From positions 64,001-128,000 of the forward strand of contig CAVWHO010000007.1 of assembly GCA_963754875.1 (NCBI GenBank): a stretch of DNA of 64,000 nt, given 5' to 3'. A program made the position numbers and the translations under genes. This DNA comes from Nitrospirota bacterium. GTDB taxonomy: Bacteria; Nitrospirota; UBA9217. The notes beneath the pieces were generated by a model. The model saw only the letters and a program-made list of their open reading frames with translations, was not told the DNA's origin and did not search any database. Below, in pieces: positions 33,055 through 42,566 of the stretch. The first letter of the stretch is position 1; the number at the start of each line of letters is the position of its first letter.

Positions 33055-34323
33055 TCATCCCTTCTCTATTTTTTCCGTTGCAAGAAACGGAATGGTCAGC
33101 ATGCCAGGGATGGTCATGAAGCAGACGATGACGAAAAACATTTTATATCCCACCGTCTGCTGAAGCCAGCCGCTCGCAAAGCCCGGCAGCATCATGCCGA
33201 GCGCCATGATCCCCGTCGAAATTGCGTAGTGAGACGTTTTATATTTCCCTGCAGCCGAATACATGAGGTAAACAGTAAACACCGTAAATCCTACTCCATA
33301 ACCGAACTGCTCCAAAGCCACGAGCGGGTACACATACCCGATGCCGGGCTGTGCGTAGGCCATATATACGAAGAGCAGGTCCGGCAGATGCATGGCGATC
33401 ACCATGGGCCAGACGCACCTCTTGAACCCGTACCGTGAGATGAGCCATCCTCCCAAGACCCCGCCGGTCACCAGGCAGAACACGCCCACGGTCCCGTAAG
33501 CAATACCCACCTGTTCCGTTGTAAGGCCGAGGCCTCCGACGTCAGTCTTGTCCAGGAGAAAAGGGGGCACCAGTTTCAGCAGCATTGCCTCGCCCAGTCG
33601 ATAGAGCAGGATAAAGGCCAGCACGACGCCGACCTTGTTCTGTCGAAAGTAGGCCTTGATGACGCTCAGAAACGATGCAGCATCGCTCCTTGAAAGTGCG
33701 GTTCGGACGCCGTCGGTCGCCGGATACGGCAGGATGAATTTGTGATAGACGAGAGCGCTCGCGAAGATGAGCCCCGAAACGATCATCACCGTGGACCAGC
33801 TCCAGGCAATATCGTTGCTCGATGTTTCGAGCATGCCTGCGACGTAGACCAAAAAGCCCGTGCCGAAGATCATGGCCAGCCGGTAGAAGCCTGCGCGCAG
33901 ACCAACGAAGAGCGCCTGCTCCTTCTCCGTGAGCGCGAGCATGTAGAATCCGTCCGTCGCGATGTCGTAGGTCGCGGAGATAAACGCACCCGCAAGGAAA
34001 GCCGCCAAAGACAGGGCAAAGAACGAGTGCGTCCTCAGCGAGAAGGCAACCATGAACATACACAGGCTCATCGCCGCCTGGGTCCAGAGGATCCAGTTCC
34101 GCTTGGTTGAATACACGTCCACGAAGGGCCCCCAGAACATCTTGATGACCCACGGAAGGTAGAGCCAACTTGTCCAGAACGCAATATGCGCGTTGTCGAT
34201 GCCCAGCCGCTTGTACAGGATGACCGACACGGTGTTGATGAGCACGTAGGGCAGACCTTCGGCGAAATAAAGAGTGGGAAGGATGGACCAGGGATTGCGG
34301 GAGGCAACACGGTCTGTTTTCAT
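33055..34323 (-). CDS. ampG: AmpG-like MFS transporter
   Basis: LYFAEGLP, LPWVIKMFWGPFVD and SATYDIATDG motifs; about 12 TM helices. Confidence 0.85.
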   Translation of the reverse strand: MKTDRVASRNPWSILPTLYFAEGLPYVLINTVSVILYKRLGIDNAHIAFWTSWLYLPWVIKMFWGPFVDVYSTKRNWILWTQAAMSLCMFMVAFSLRTHSFFALSLAAFLAGAFISATYDIATDGFYMLALTEKEQALFVGLRAGFYRLAMIFGTGFLVYVAGMLETSSNDIAWSWSTVMIVSGLIFASALVYHKFILPYPATDGVRTALSRSDAASFLSVIKAYFRQNKVGVVLAFILLYRLGEAMLLKLVPPFLLDKTDVGGLGLTTEQVGIAYGTVGVFCLVTGGVLGGWLISRYGFKRCVWPMVIAMHLPDLLFVYMAYAQPGIGYVYPLVALEQFGYGVGFTVFTVYLMYSAAGKYKTSHYAISTGIMALGMMLPGFASGWLQQTVGYKMFFVIVCFMTIPGMLTIPFLATEKIEKG

Positions 34324-34502
34324 GGACGTAAGCTATCAGATTGCACGAGAAACTGCCAGCGAAAAAACAATGCCGTCAAGAGTCAGGCCCTGTATTCGGC
34401 TGTTGCCGTATCAGCGACAGACAAAAGCCCCTTCGTCAACAATTGAATAATTTCTGTTTTACTTTGGAGCGCGTATCATCCTGCAGTTTCTTAATTTTTA
34501 CT

Positions 34503-34531
34503 TTGACATTCACGCTACATTCAGGTATTTT
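34503..34531 (+). promoter_or_regulatory. Sigma70 promoter of the CFI-box gene pair
   Basis: TTGACA-17-TATTTT. Confidence 0.5.
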
Positions 34532-34557
34532 TTTACTATCTTTTCGCGAGGAACCTA

Positions 34558-36387
34558 ATGATAAAATCTCGTTTACCTGGTAATCTCTTAGCCATCAGCT
34601 TTCTTTTCTGCATATTGATCGCGCCGAAAGCAGCCATTGCCCTGGATCTTATCGTCGAACAAAATCCCACTGATCCCACGCACTATACAAGCATTCAGAC
34701 AGCAATCGATTATGCCGATTCTCTCGTAAATTCTCCGACCCCAACGACAACCAGTTTCAGGATCCTGGTCGAACCCGGACAGTACCCGGGGCCGATTACG
34801 TTAAAATCGAACATCCCTGTTCTAGGCAGAGAAACTGCCAGAACGATTCTGAGCGGCGGCGGGAGCGGACCGGCGGTAACCGCCTCGGCGGTTACGAGCG
34901 TTAGTTTTAGAAATTTCAGGATTACAAACGCCTCCCCGGGAATCAGCATTTCGAACAACTCGTCCGTCGTTATCGAAAATAATGTCTTTCAAGTCGGAAC
35001 CGGGAGCACGGCCGTACAAATACAAAGTTCACCTTCTGCGCAGGTCATCAACAACACCTTCTACCTTAACGGGACAGCCATCCTCCGCGATGCGGATTCG
35101 GTAATAGTTAAGAATAATATTTTCTTCAATAATACGACGGGTATAAGCCAGGGAGCGGTCGTTTCCCAAAACAACATTACCTTCAATGCTTTTTTCCCGA
35201 ATACGACTGCCGGCCCGCAGGGGACGAACTTCATTCCCAACCCGCTCATTACACTGACCGACCCGCTTTTCGTTGATGTCGCCAATTTTGATTTTCATTT
35301 GAAGTCAGGCTCGCCGTGTATTGACAATGGGGATTCGAACATCACTGACGTCATCGACGGGACACGCAGCGATATGGGTGCCTACGGCGGCCCTGATGCG
35401 GACACGATCCCCTTCCAGATAACCGGCGTCACTCCAGCCATGCCGTCGACAACGTCGGTCACTTTGAACTGGAATCCGAACAACTCCTACATCATTGGCG
35501 GTTATAAGGTCTATTACGGCGACTCCTCCGGTAATTACACCGGCACCGGCGCAGCTGAAGGTCCTTCACCAATTACAGTGCCGACGGGCACCTCTGCCAC
35601 GACCTTTACCTTGAGCGGCCTCAATTTCACCGCTACCACGCCCGCAAGTCCAACGCTTAATTCGACGGCACCGTTGAATGAAAGTCTCGCGCTCACTTGG
35701 AATGCCGTGGCCGGAGCGACCGGGTATAAAGTGTACCATGACACGGTTTCGCCGCCAACCGCTTTTATTGATGATGTCCATAATGTAACTTCCTATACGC
35801 TATCAGGACTCACGAACGGCCAAAAGTATTATGTGGCCGTTTCTGCTTATTCACAGGCACAGCAATATCTGGCAGTCACAGCCTTTGACGTCAGTACGGG
35901 TCCTTTTGAGCCGGGGATACAGCACGAGAGCGCATACTCCCAGGAAGTTACCGCGGGCACCGGTGATGTTAAAGAAAGCGCCTTGTCGAACATACTGTCG
36001 GACTTTCCGGAGGTTATTGTTCCTTATCCGAATCTTCCGAACTCGCATGCAGGATGCTTCATCGCTACCGCCGCATATGGTTATTATTCTGAGCCGAACG
36101 TGCAGGCTCTGCGCAATTTTAGGGATCAATTCCTCGTCACCAATGCCCCCGGCAGGGCTCTTGTCAAATGGTATTATTTTCATGGGCCCGCTGCTGCGGC
36201 CTGGCTGAACTCCCATCCAGGATACAAGCCCCTCGTCAGAGCTGCGCTTTTGCCTGCTGTCGGTGTTTCGCTCTTCTTGACAAAGACATCGCTCGCGATG
36301 AAAATCGCGTTCTTGTTGATAGCAGGTTTTTTTATTGTGTTCCCCTTTACCAGGAAACGGCTTTCAGGTTCGGGAGGCTCGCGTTGA
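34558..36387 (+). CDS. Secreted parallel beta-helix plus FN3 protein with CFI-box-CTERM domain
   Basis: Signal peptide; SIQTAID, NNTFYLN and DFHLKSGSPCIDNG..DMGAYGG beta-helix motifs; two FN3 domains; GCFIATAAYG..LRNFRD..YY..GP; TM helix and basic tail. Confidence 0.85.
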   Translation: MIKSRLPGNLLAISFLFCILIAPKAAIALDLIVEQNPTDPTHYTSIQTAIDYADSLVNSPTPTTTSFRILVEPGQYPGPITLKSNIPVLGRETARTILSGGGSGPAVTASAVTSVSFRNFRITNASPGISISNNSSVVIENNVFQVGTGSTAVQIQSSPSAQVINNTFYLNGTAILRDADSVIVKNNIFFNNTTGISQGAVVSQNNITFNAFFPNTTAGPQGTNFIPNPLITLTDPLFVDVANFDFHLKSGSPCIDNGDSNITDVIDGTRSDMGAYGGPDADTIPFQITGVTPAMPSTTSVTLNWNPNNSYIIGGYKVYYGDSSGNYTGTGAAEGPSPITVPTGTSATTFTLSGLNFTATTPASPTLNSTAPLNESLALTWNAVAGATGYKVYHDTVSPPTAFIDDVHNVTSYTLSGLTNGQKYYVAVSAYSQAQQYLAVTAFDVSTGPFEPGIQHESAYSQEVTAGTGDVKESALSNILSDFPEVIVPYPNLPNSHAGCFIATAAYGYYSEPNVQALRNFRDQFLVTNAPGRALVKWYYFHGPAAAAWLNSHPGYKPLVRAALLPAVGVSLFLTKTSLAMKIAFLLIAGFFIVFPFTRKRLSGSGGSR

Positions 36388-37040
36388 AAAAAATCCTTTT
36401 GTTCTTCATGCTCATCTTCCTGCCGGTCGCGACCTTTGCCGCTGAACCGCTCCAAGAGCGACCGCACTGGTCTTTCGAAGCGAAGGGGGGGAATTTCGCT
36501 CCTTCCCTGGCTAATTGGAAGCAGTTCTACAACAAACGCAGCATGCCGGAATATGGATTCGCACTGTCGTATAAGCTTCTCCGACAGGTCGAGATCGGCG
36601 TCGAAGGCGGTTTCGCCGAGGCAAGAGGTCAGGCATTCGCGCCGCTCCACTCGCAGCAGGCAGGCTCTTCAGTGCTTGCCGGCAGCGTGACGTATGATCT
36701 CTTTCCGGTCAATGTATTCGTACTGCTGCGTGGTCTCGTGAGTGAGAATCAGTGGCTGGTTCCTTATGTGGGCGGCGGCTTTACACGAATGTACTATCAG
36801 GAAAAAGTGGAAGGACAAGGCTCGACGCGCGGCTCAGCGGACGGCTACCACTACCGGGGCGGGCTGCAGTTTCTGCTCGACGGCATTGACCGCGATGCAG
36901 CGAACAGCATGTACCTCGACTACGGAGTCTATCATACATACTTCTTTGTTGAAGCGGAAAAAACCAGCGCTAAAGTAAAGTCTGTTTCAGTCGATATCGG
37001 CGGCGAGGCCTACCTGTTGGGGCTCCTGTTCGAGTTTTAA
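36384..37040 (+). CDS. MXAN_2562-like outer-membrane beta-barrel protein
   Basis: TTG start overlapping the upstream stop, GGAGG SD; signal peptide; VPYVGGG, LLDGIDRDAANSMYLDYGVYHTYFF; ends LLFEF. Confidence 0.75.
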   Translation: MKKILLFFMLIFLPVATFAAEPLQERPHWSFEAKGGNFAPSLANWKQFYNKRSMPEYGFALSYKLLRQVEIGVEGGFAEARGQAFAPLHSQQAGSSVLAGSVTYDLFPVNVFVLLRGLVSENQWLVPYVGGGFTRMYYQEKVEGQGSTRGSADGYHYRGGLQFLLDGIDRDAANSMYLDYGVYHTYFFVEAEKTSAKVKSVSVDIGGEAYLLGLLFEF

Positions 37041-37086
37041 TCGCGAAATTCAGGATCCCCCGTCCAAACTATTCGATTCAATCAGC

Positions 37087-37329
37087 TCAAAATGTGGCTC
37101 CTGCATCAATGCTTTCATCCCTTGCTCTGATGACGAAAAAGGTGATCGTCCCGCCGGCGGTTACTGATGCAGCGATAATCACGGACTTGATCCGTATTCT
37201 CTTTCCGCCAGGCACGTGGGCTTTCTTGCCGTTCAGCGAGCCGCCGGTCACTGGAACATTCGCGCCGCACGAGGTACAGTACTGTGCGTTTTCGTTCGCG
37301 TCAGCGCTGCACTTACTGCCCTCGCTCAT
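37087..37329 (-). CDS. Short zinc-ribbon plus TM protein, probably truncated
   Basis: AAGGAG SD; NENAQYCTSCG; C-terminal hydrophobic segment. Confidence 0.45.
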   Translation of the reverse strand: MSEGSKCSADANENAQYCTSCGANVPVTGGSLNGKKAHVPGGKRIRIKSVIIAASVTAGGTITFFVIRARDESIDAGATF

Positions 37330-38251
37330 TGGTATTTCTCCTTCTTTCCCGTTCTGATACAGAAGGGTGCCGATCATTTTGCTGTACTTGAGAATGTCCA
37401 CCTGGGTGCGACACCCAAAGTCAATCGTTCACGATGCGACCTCACCAGGTTCATACTTGCTGTGCCAATTACCTGAGTCCCGCGTCGGCGGCCGCCTTTG
37501 CCGTATTCGCGGAGGCTCGTCTGCCAGCCGCAGTGGCACAGCCGCTCCCTGCCGCACCGTCCCTCGTCAGGGGCTGGCCTTCTCTTGTCTTGCAATAATC
37601 GCATCCCGGACCGGACAGCTGCTCGGTCAACGCGACCCGCACCGTGGCTTTCTCTGACAGGTCCTGAAGCCACTTGCGCACCGTGCGGCCTGCCGTCCGC
37701 GGGTCGGTTCCGAGCGGCACAACTTTTCGGGCAATAAGCCGATCGATCACGAGGCGATGCTTCAAGTCCTTTTCATACTCGACCGCCGTGCCGTACATCA
37801 ATTTCATTGCCTGCCAAAAAGGGGTTTCGCCGGGACCTGACGCAATGCGGGCTTCGGCAGCAGCGGCAATCTCGTCTTGAGAAACCGTGATCCCGGCTTT
37901 GCGTGCTTCCTGGAGCACCAGCCGCTCAGCAATCAGCTCGTTCAGTGCCCGATACCGGAGGTCGGCTGCGGCCTCTCGGCCCCTATGCTGCACGCGGGAA
38001 ACGGCGTCGTCGAGCTCGGACACCTTGATCTGTTCACCATTCACCTCTGCCGCGATACCGTTGGGCAAATGGAACTTGTAATAGCCGATCGCTGCAGCGA
38101 TCACAATGATAGGCACGAACAGAAGAGCAATAAAATAAACCCTCCGCTGTTTATAAACAACTTTAGTTTGCTGGTTCCCGAGCGGCCTCCCGCACTCTGC
38201 ACAGAATACAGCCTCTGCATCGTTCACTTTATTACAATCAGGACAATTCAT
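37330..38251 (-). pseudogene. Zinc-ribbon / SurA N-terminal-like membrane protein with degraded 3' end
   Basis: CPDC..CAECG, TM helix, AEVNGEQI..LVLQEARKAGITVS; a frameshift near 37470 gives YWHSKY..*TIDFGCRTQVDIL with in-frame TGA at 37429-37431. Confidence 0.65.
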
Positions 38252-38360
38252 TTTTTTCTCCGCAGTCCGGCTACAATACAGCGCAGGCGCAACGGACTAG
38301 CCTGATAACATCGGCTTGAAAACCTGGTCACTTGCCGCCTTCCCTATTCAGTTTTTATTT

Positions 38361-38496
38361 TTGATGGTTTCGTAAAAAGTCGGATATCACGCTTTTGACG
38401 TCATTCCGGCTTGTCCGGAATCTTCTCTTTTCAGTATGTTGTAAAAGCACTACGGTTCCCGACAAGCGGGGATGACGACTTTTTACGACTTCATCA
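38361..38496. mobile_element. MITE-like palindromic element, copy 1
   Basis: Terminal IR GATGGTTTCGTAAAAAGTC / GACTTTTTACGACTTCATC; internal GTCATTCCGGCTTGTCCGGAAT and TTCCCGACAAGCGGGGATGAC; second copy inverted at 55.4 kb. Confidence 0.8.
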
Positions 38497-38698
38497 TTTT
38501 TATATATGATTGCAATTCATTTGCCAGCTTAAATGCCTGAGAAAGCAGAGGGATGAGGTTAACGGAAAGGTCTCGGTGTGGCATTTGATACAGCCAGAGC
38601 AGGAAAAAAAACAAGCAACAGATCATATCGTTGCTGAAAGGGACAGTGCACGCCTCTGCCTGTCCTTTTGCAGTACAGGAGATGCGCTCACCGAACAT

Positions 38699-39013
38699 CT
38701 AGTCTGCCTGCACCTGCTTGCCGCTCGTTCTTACCCTATTAATGATCTCCCCGGTACTCGGCAGGCCCGGTGATGCAGAGGGCGTCTTAAGACCGTCGAA
38801 ATAGACAATTTTCCCCAAGTCGTAGCAGTCGAGGATCTCGATGCATTCTTTGTCCTTGGCCTGCCCATAGGACATACTGTAGATGTTACCGTCTTTAAAA
38901 TAAAATCGTATCAGGTTTTCGCTGGCCTCGGCAACGGTTACAAAGAGCGCACCGGTCTTCTTCCCGGCGTGGTATTCCTGCAGCACATCTGCAAACAATT
39001 TCAGTGTAGCCAC
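38699..39013 (-). CDS. Hypothetical protein, DUF4388/PATAN-like
   Basis: KKTGALFV..IRFYFKDGNI pattern; GTG start with G-rich SD. Confidence 0.65.
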   Translation of the reverse strand: MATLKLFADVLQEYHAGKKTGALFVTVAEASENLIRFYFKDGNIYSMSYGQAKDKECIEILDCYDLGKIVYFDGLKTPSASPGLPSTGEIINRVRTSGKQVQAD

Positions 39014-39372
39014 GTTTTTCCACCCCCTTAGAAATCAATTTCATTTGCTGGTGAGGCATTTTGATCTTCGGCAATCCTGCTTTTCTTTTAAATCTTCAAT
39101 CCTGCAGGTCTTTGCGCCTTTTCAACAGCCATCTTGCGCTTATTGAAATATTCGGGCTGCCATGTCAATCCTTACAGAAAATTGGCATACTCGCCTTAAG
39201 GCTTTGAAGCATCCCATTAGTCCGCAGCCACAATACGCTTTTCAGGCTCAAAACAGGCTTCTCATAACTCTAATAAATACGGACCGCGCTTGCTCCCCGC
39301 CCGCGCAGGTCCTCGTCACATGCATCTGTGTACGGCAGCCCCGCCCCCCGGGACTGCGCGACTGCAACCCCG

Positions 39373-39543
39373 TTACCAGCAGAAGACTTTATCAGAGGAG
39401 AACACATCGGCCACGAGCTTGTCGTAGGACACTCCCCCCTTGTACAGCTCAATCGTTTTTACCTCGTTACCTGCAGCCTGTGTTTCCATGATTTTCTTCG
39501 TGCTTGCGTCCGGCGTTTTTTTCAAAATATGTAAAATTTTCAC
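39373..39543 (-). CDS. 56-aa DsrH/TusB-like protein (not in ORF track)
   Basis: MKILHILKKTPDASTKKIMETQAAGNEVKTIELYKGGVSYDKLVADVFSSDKVFCW; GGAGGAG SD. Confidence 0.8.
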   Translation of the reverse strand: MKILHILKKTPDASTKKIMETQAAGNEVKTIELYKGGVSYDKLVADVFSSDKVFCW

Positions 39544-39565
39544 AGAATATTCTCCTCCCTCATGC

Positions 39566-39844
39566 TCAGTAAGGCACTACGACATCATACTCTAAGAGCT
39601 TCTTCGCCATCTCTTCCAGCGCAATCGTAGTATAGCCGTTTTCCTGATTATTGGAATAGATCTTGAGATCGAGTTCGGTAACCAGTTCGAGCGGCGTCGC
39701 GATCTCGGCATTATTCTTGTCCAGTTTGCTATCGAGTACAAAGACCTCGATGGTGTCGTCCGCCAGAGTGAGTCCGCCCGCCACCCGGAGCGCCTCTGCC
39801 TGCCGGTCCCTGACGATGACCGCAATTTTTTTTGTATCTCCCAT
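39566..39844 (-). CDS. DsrF/DsrE-like protein
   Basis: KKIAVIV..EALRVAGGL..LEEMAKKLLEYDVVVPY. Confidence 0.75.
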   Translation of the reverse strand: MGDTKKIAVIVRDRQAEALRVAGGLTLADDTIEVFVLDSKLDKNNAEIATPLELVTELDLKIYSNNQENGYTTIALEEMAKKLLEYDVVVPY

Positions 39845-39871
39845 GCGTTATGCTCCCTTGTGATCAGATTA

Positions 39872-40177
39872 TTAGAACACCAGCACGCGCGTGCTGTCAT
39901 GCAGCATCCCTGCGTTATTGTACTGGCTGCCGTACGAGATGCCTGCTGTCTTGTCGTGGATACCGATCCGCTCGCAGCTGTGGTCGCAGCAGGAAAACTC
40001 CACGCCGTCTGTCTTCAGCAAATCGAGGAACTTAGGGTCCCTGGTAAAGCGTACGCCTTCATCGGTCATGAAAAGCATCACTGATTTGCCTGCCGCGCGA
40101 GCTGCCTTTACAACGCCTGCGATATGTTCGAGGTTCTCGTACTTGGTTACCATAATGCCCAGCATTTCTGTTGCCAT
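39872..40177 (-). CDS. DsrE-like sulfur carrier
   Basis: LFMTDEGV, SCCDHSC and GSQY motifs; AGGAGGTG SD. Confidence 0.8.
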   Translation of the reverse strand: MATEMLGIMVTKYENLEHIAGVVKAARAAGKSVMLFMTDEGVRFTRDPKFLDLLKTDGVEFSCCDHSCERIGIHDKTAGISYGSQYNNAGMLHDSTRVLVF

Positions 40178-40291
40178 AATTTCACCTCCTTTCACGAAAC
40201 CGGTCCTCCGCCCCTTCTTTGGCAGAGGCGACCAGCCCAATATTACCATCTTCCCCCGGATTCTAACAAATGTTTTATCGCATTTTTAGGT

Positions 40292-40323
40292 AAAAAAAAC
40301 CGGGCAGGATTTCCCCGCCCGGT
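40292..40323 (-). terminator. Intrinsic terminator after yeeE
   Basis: Minus strand CCGGGCGGGGAAATCCTGCCCGG-T8. Confidence 0.7.
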
Positions 40324-40340
40324 CCTAAGATCTTATCGTT

Positions 40341-41449
40341 TTACACATCCAGATCCTGCATCGGCCTGATCAGCAGGAAATAAACCATGGTCCAGTTGCC
40401 CAGAATGATGAAGATGTTGGCAACCCAGCTCGATACAGCCAGAGTGGACACGCCGGTCAGGCTGTGACCGATGTTGCAGCCGCCGCCCATCTGTGCGCCG
40501 ACTCCCATGATAAAACCGCCCAGAAGCACCTTGATGAGCTCGTCCGCCGGCGGCACCTTCAACTTCACTTCCTTCAGGAGCTTTCCGCTGATGAACGCGC
40601 CAACAGGCACAGCCACGACGTACAGCGAACTCCAGGAAAAGGTCATGCCGAAGATGCTTCGAGATTCGAGTGGGCTGACGGCCCCGGGATTATTCTGATA
40701 GTTCCCGAAGAACACGGCCAAGAAAAACTCCCGGACCGGCCCGGTGAACGAAAGGCCGCGGGCCCTGCCGCCGAAATAATCCGAGGCCCAGAACGCCGCC
40801 ACGGCAACGAGACCGGTCAAGGAGCCCGACCAGGGACCACGAATATCCCTTCTTCGCCTTGACGAAGGGCTTGCCCTTGAACACGAACGAACAGGATCAC
40901 CGCGGAAATGACCACAATGAGGATCCACTTGTTGATGCCGAGCAGATTGTCGAGGGTCGGGATCGTATCCTCACCCTTCCGAAACAATACGTTGCGGTCG
41001 AGATCATCCAATCATAGATCGGCTTCAGAAAGCCGAACTTCGTCATTGCAATGCCGAAGAAGAATCCGAAGACGGCAAAGACGTACGCCAGGTTCCCTTC
41101 TCCCACGCGGTACAGGATGCCGCTTCCGCACCCGCCCGCAAGAACGATGCCCATGCCGAAGATGTAGCCCCCGATGATGTTGGCCCAGGGCACGAAGGCC
41201 TGACGATAGAGCGTACCGGTCACGCAGACCCCGTCTTCAAGATGGCTGCAGCCAGCCCAGATCCTCGATCAAGTTCGCGCCGATCATCGTAACCGCCACG
41301 GCGAGCAGGTATGCGCGGAGCATGGTGTAGTCCTGAAAGAGAACTTCCCGAAACGCGGAGTTGATGCAGAACCGGCCGCGCTGGAGAACAAAACCGAACG
41401 CCGCGCCGATGAGCAGACCGGACACAATAAATGCTAATGTAGAAACCAT
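40341..41449 (-). CDS. yeeE: YeeE/YedE (TsuA) thiosulfate/sulfur-compound transporter, about four frameshifts
   Basis: GFVLQRGRFC, LAGGCGSG and GGGCNIGH motifs spread over five partial frames (breaks near 41240, 40990, 40885, 40820). Confidence 0.8.
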
Positions 41450-41523
41450 TCTTCCCCCCCTTTAGATTTGTTCCCCCTGCGGTTTCTCTCTATATTCACT
41501 ATGTACTGCGTCCACCCCTGGAG

Positions 41524-41773
41524 TTACGACTTCTTGATGTAGAGCTCCCACAAGCCTTTGTCGTCGAGCTTGACAGCCTCGAACGTGTAGCCCTGTTTCT
41601 CGGCATAGCGCGGGATGCTGTCCTCGGCCGATGCCGGAGCATCGCACAAGACCTTTATGGTCTGTCCGCTCGCAGAGCTTTTCAAGCGCCTTCTTGGTCA
41701 GAAGCAGCGGATAGGGGCACACCCTGCCGAGAGTGTCCAACGTCTGGTCCGGTGTTGCGGTTTTGATTGACAT
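41524..41773 (-). CDS. tusA: TusA/YeeD sulfurtransferase, one extra base near 41674
   Basis: LDTLGRVCPYP; restored C-terminus ASGQTIKVLCDAPASAEDSIPRYAEKQGYTF..LWELYIKKS*. Confidence 0.88.
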
Positions 41774-41917
41774 GTTCTTCCTCCTTGATGATAGTGAACG
41801 TATATTCAGGCCATCATGGAAAACGGCCCTTTGACTGACATGGTGCTGATATCGTGTTCACGTGGAAAACGCGAGGTGTTGTTGCTGAATGCACCACCCC
41901 CTCATGCGTATATATTC

Positions 41918-42012
41918 GTAACACATTGTTACAGAAGCTTAGAACAACACGGGAACACGTTTGGTACGTTATCAAAAACCCGGTTTTCTGTCAATACTCG
42001 TTTTCGGGTTTT
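41918..42012 (-). promoter_or_regulatory. tusA promoter with operator-like palindromes
   Basis: TTGACA-17-TAACGT (41994-41966); AAAACC-C-GGTTTT in the spacer; GTAACA-cat-TGTTAC at 41918-41932. Confidence 0.5.
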
Positions 42013-42059
42013 CGCAATAAAATCAGTATTTATGATAGTTATAACGGCAAAAGACTTGC

Positions 42060-42446
42060 TTATAGCAGTGAAAGGATGGTGAGGCAGATCACCGCTGCAA
42101 GCAGTCCGAATCCTGTCGCAGCGACAACTTTACGGTATCGGAGAGCTGTTTTTTTGCTATTGTCCAAAAACGGCGCCAGGAGAATCACACTGAAGGCCAG
42201 GCCCGGAAGCAATACGGCTCCCACGAAGGTCCATCTGCCCGGAAAGTACTTGGTAAGCTGATAGAGAAAGAGGAAATACCATTCAGGCCGGGGGCTGTAC
42301 TGGGCCGAGAAATCTACTTCTCTGCCTACTGCGGGCGGGAACAGGACGGCAAACAGGAGTACTACCTCGACGGTAAGGAGCACAATAAGGGTGATCTCGA
42401 AGACATATACGGGAAAAAAGGTGTTCTCGTTTTTTTTGTCCATCAT
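42060..42446 (-). CDS. Cytochrome b6 subunit IV-like protein (cytochrome b C-terminal part)
   Basis: PRPEWYFLFLY Qo motif; PFLD; 3 TM helices. Confidence 0.88.
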   Translation of the reverse strand: MMDKKNENTFFPVYVFEITLIVLLTVEVVLLFAVLFPPAVGREVDFSAQYSPRPEWYFLFLYQLTKYFPGRWTFVGAVLLPGLAFSVILLAPFLDNSKKTALRYRKVVAATGFGLLAAVICLTILSLL

Positions 42447-42566
42447 TCACCATCGCTCGATGCTATAAAAATCTGGTTGACCATGGGCAATACCCTGCTC
42501 TCTCGGGCCTTATGTCGTTTCTCGCTGGCTTCCATTCCGCGCCCCTCATTCAACCGTCCGGCTTTG

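Noticed and set aside
37429..37431. Selenocysteine TGA in the SurA-like gene
   Set aside because: Not in a Cys-type motif, lies after a frameshift, and no SECIS was evident; more likely a nonsense change.
38483..38773. Short ORFs beside the MITE
   Set aside because: No motifs or SD, and one overlaps a better gene on the opposite strand.
41237..41239. Selenocysteine TGA in yeeE
   Set aside because: The downstream YeeE sequence is in another frame, so this is a frameshift; all three catalytic-motif positions are Cys.
42443..42535. 30-aa ORF between petB and subunit IV whose stop overlaps the next start
   Set aside because: Has an SD-like sequence but no TM helix or motif; cannot be supported as a small subunit without conservation data.
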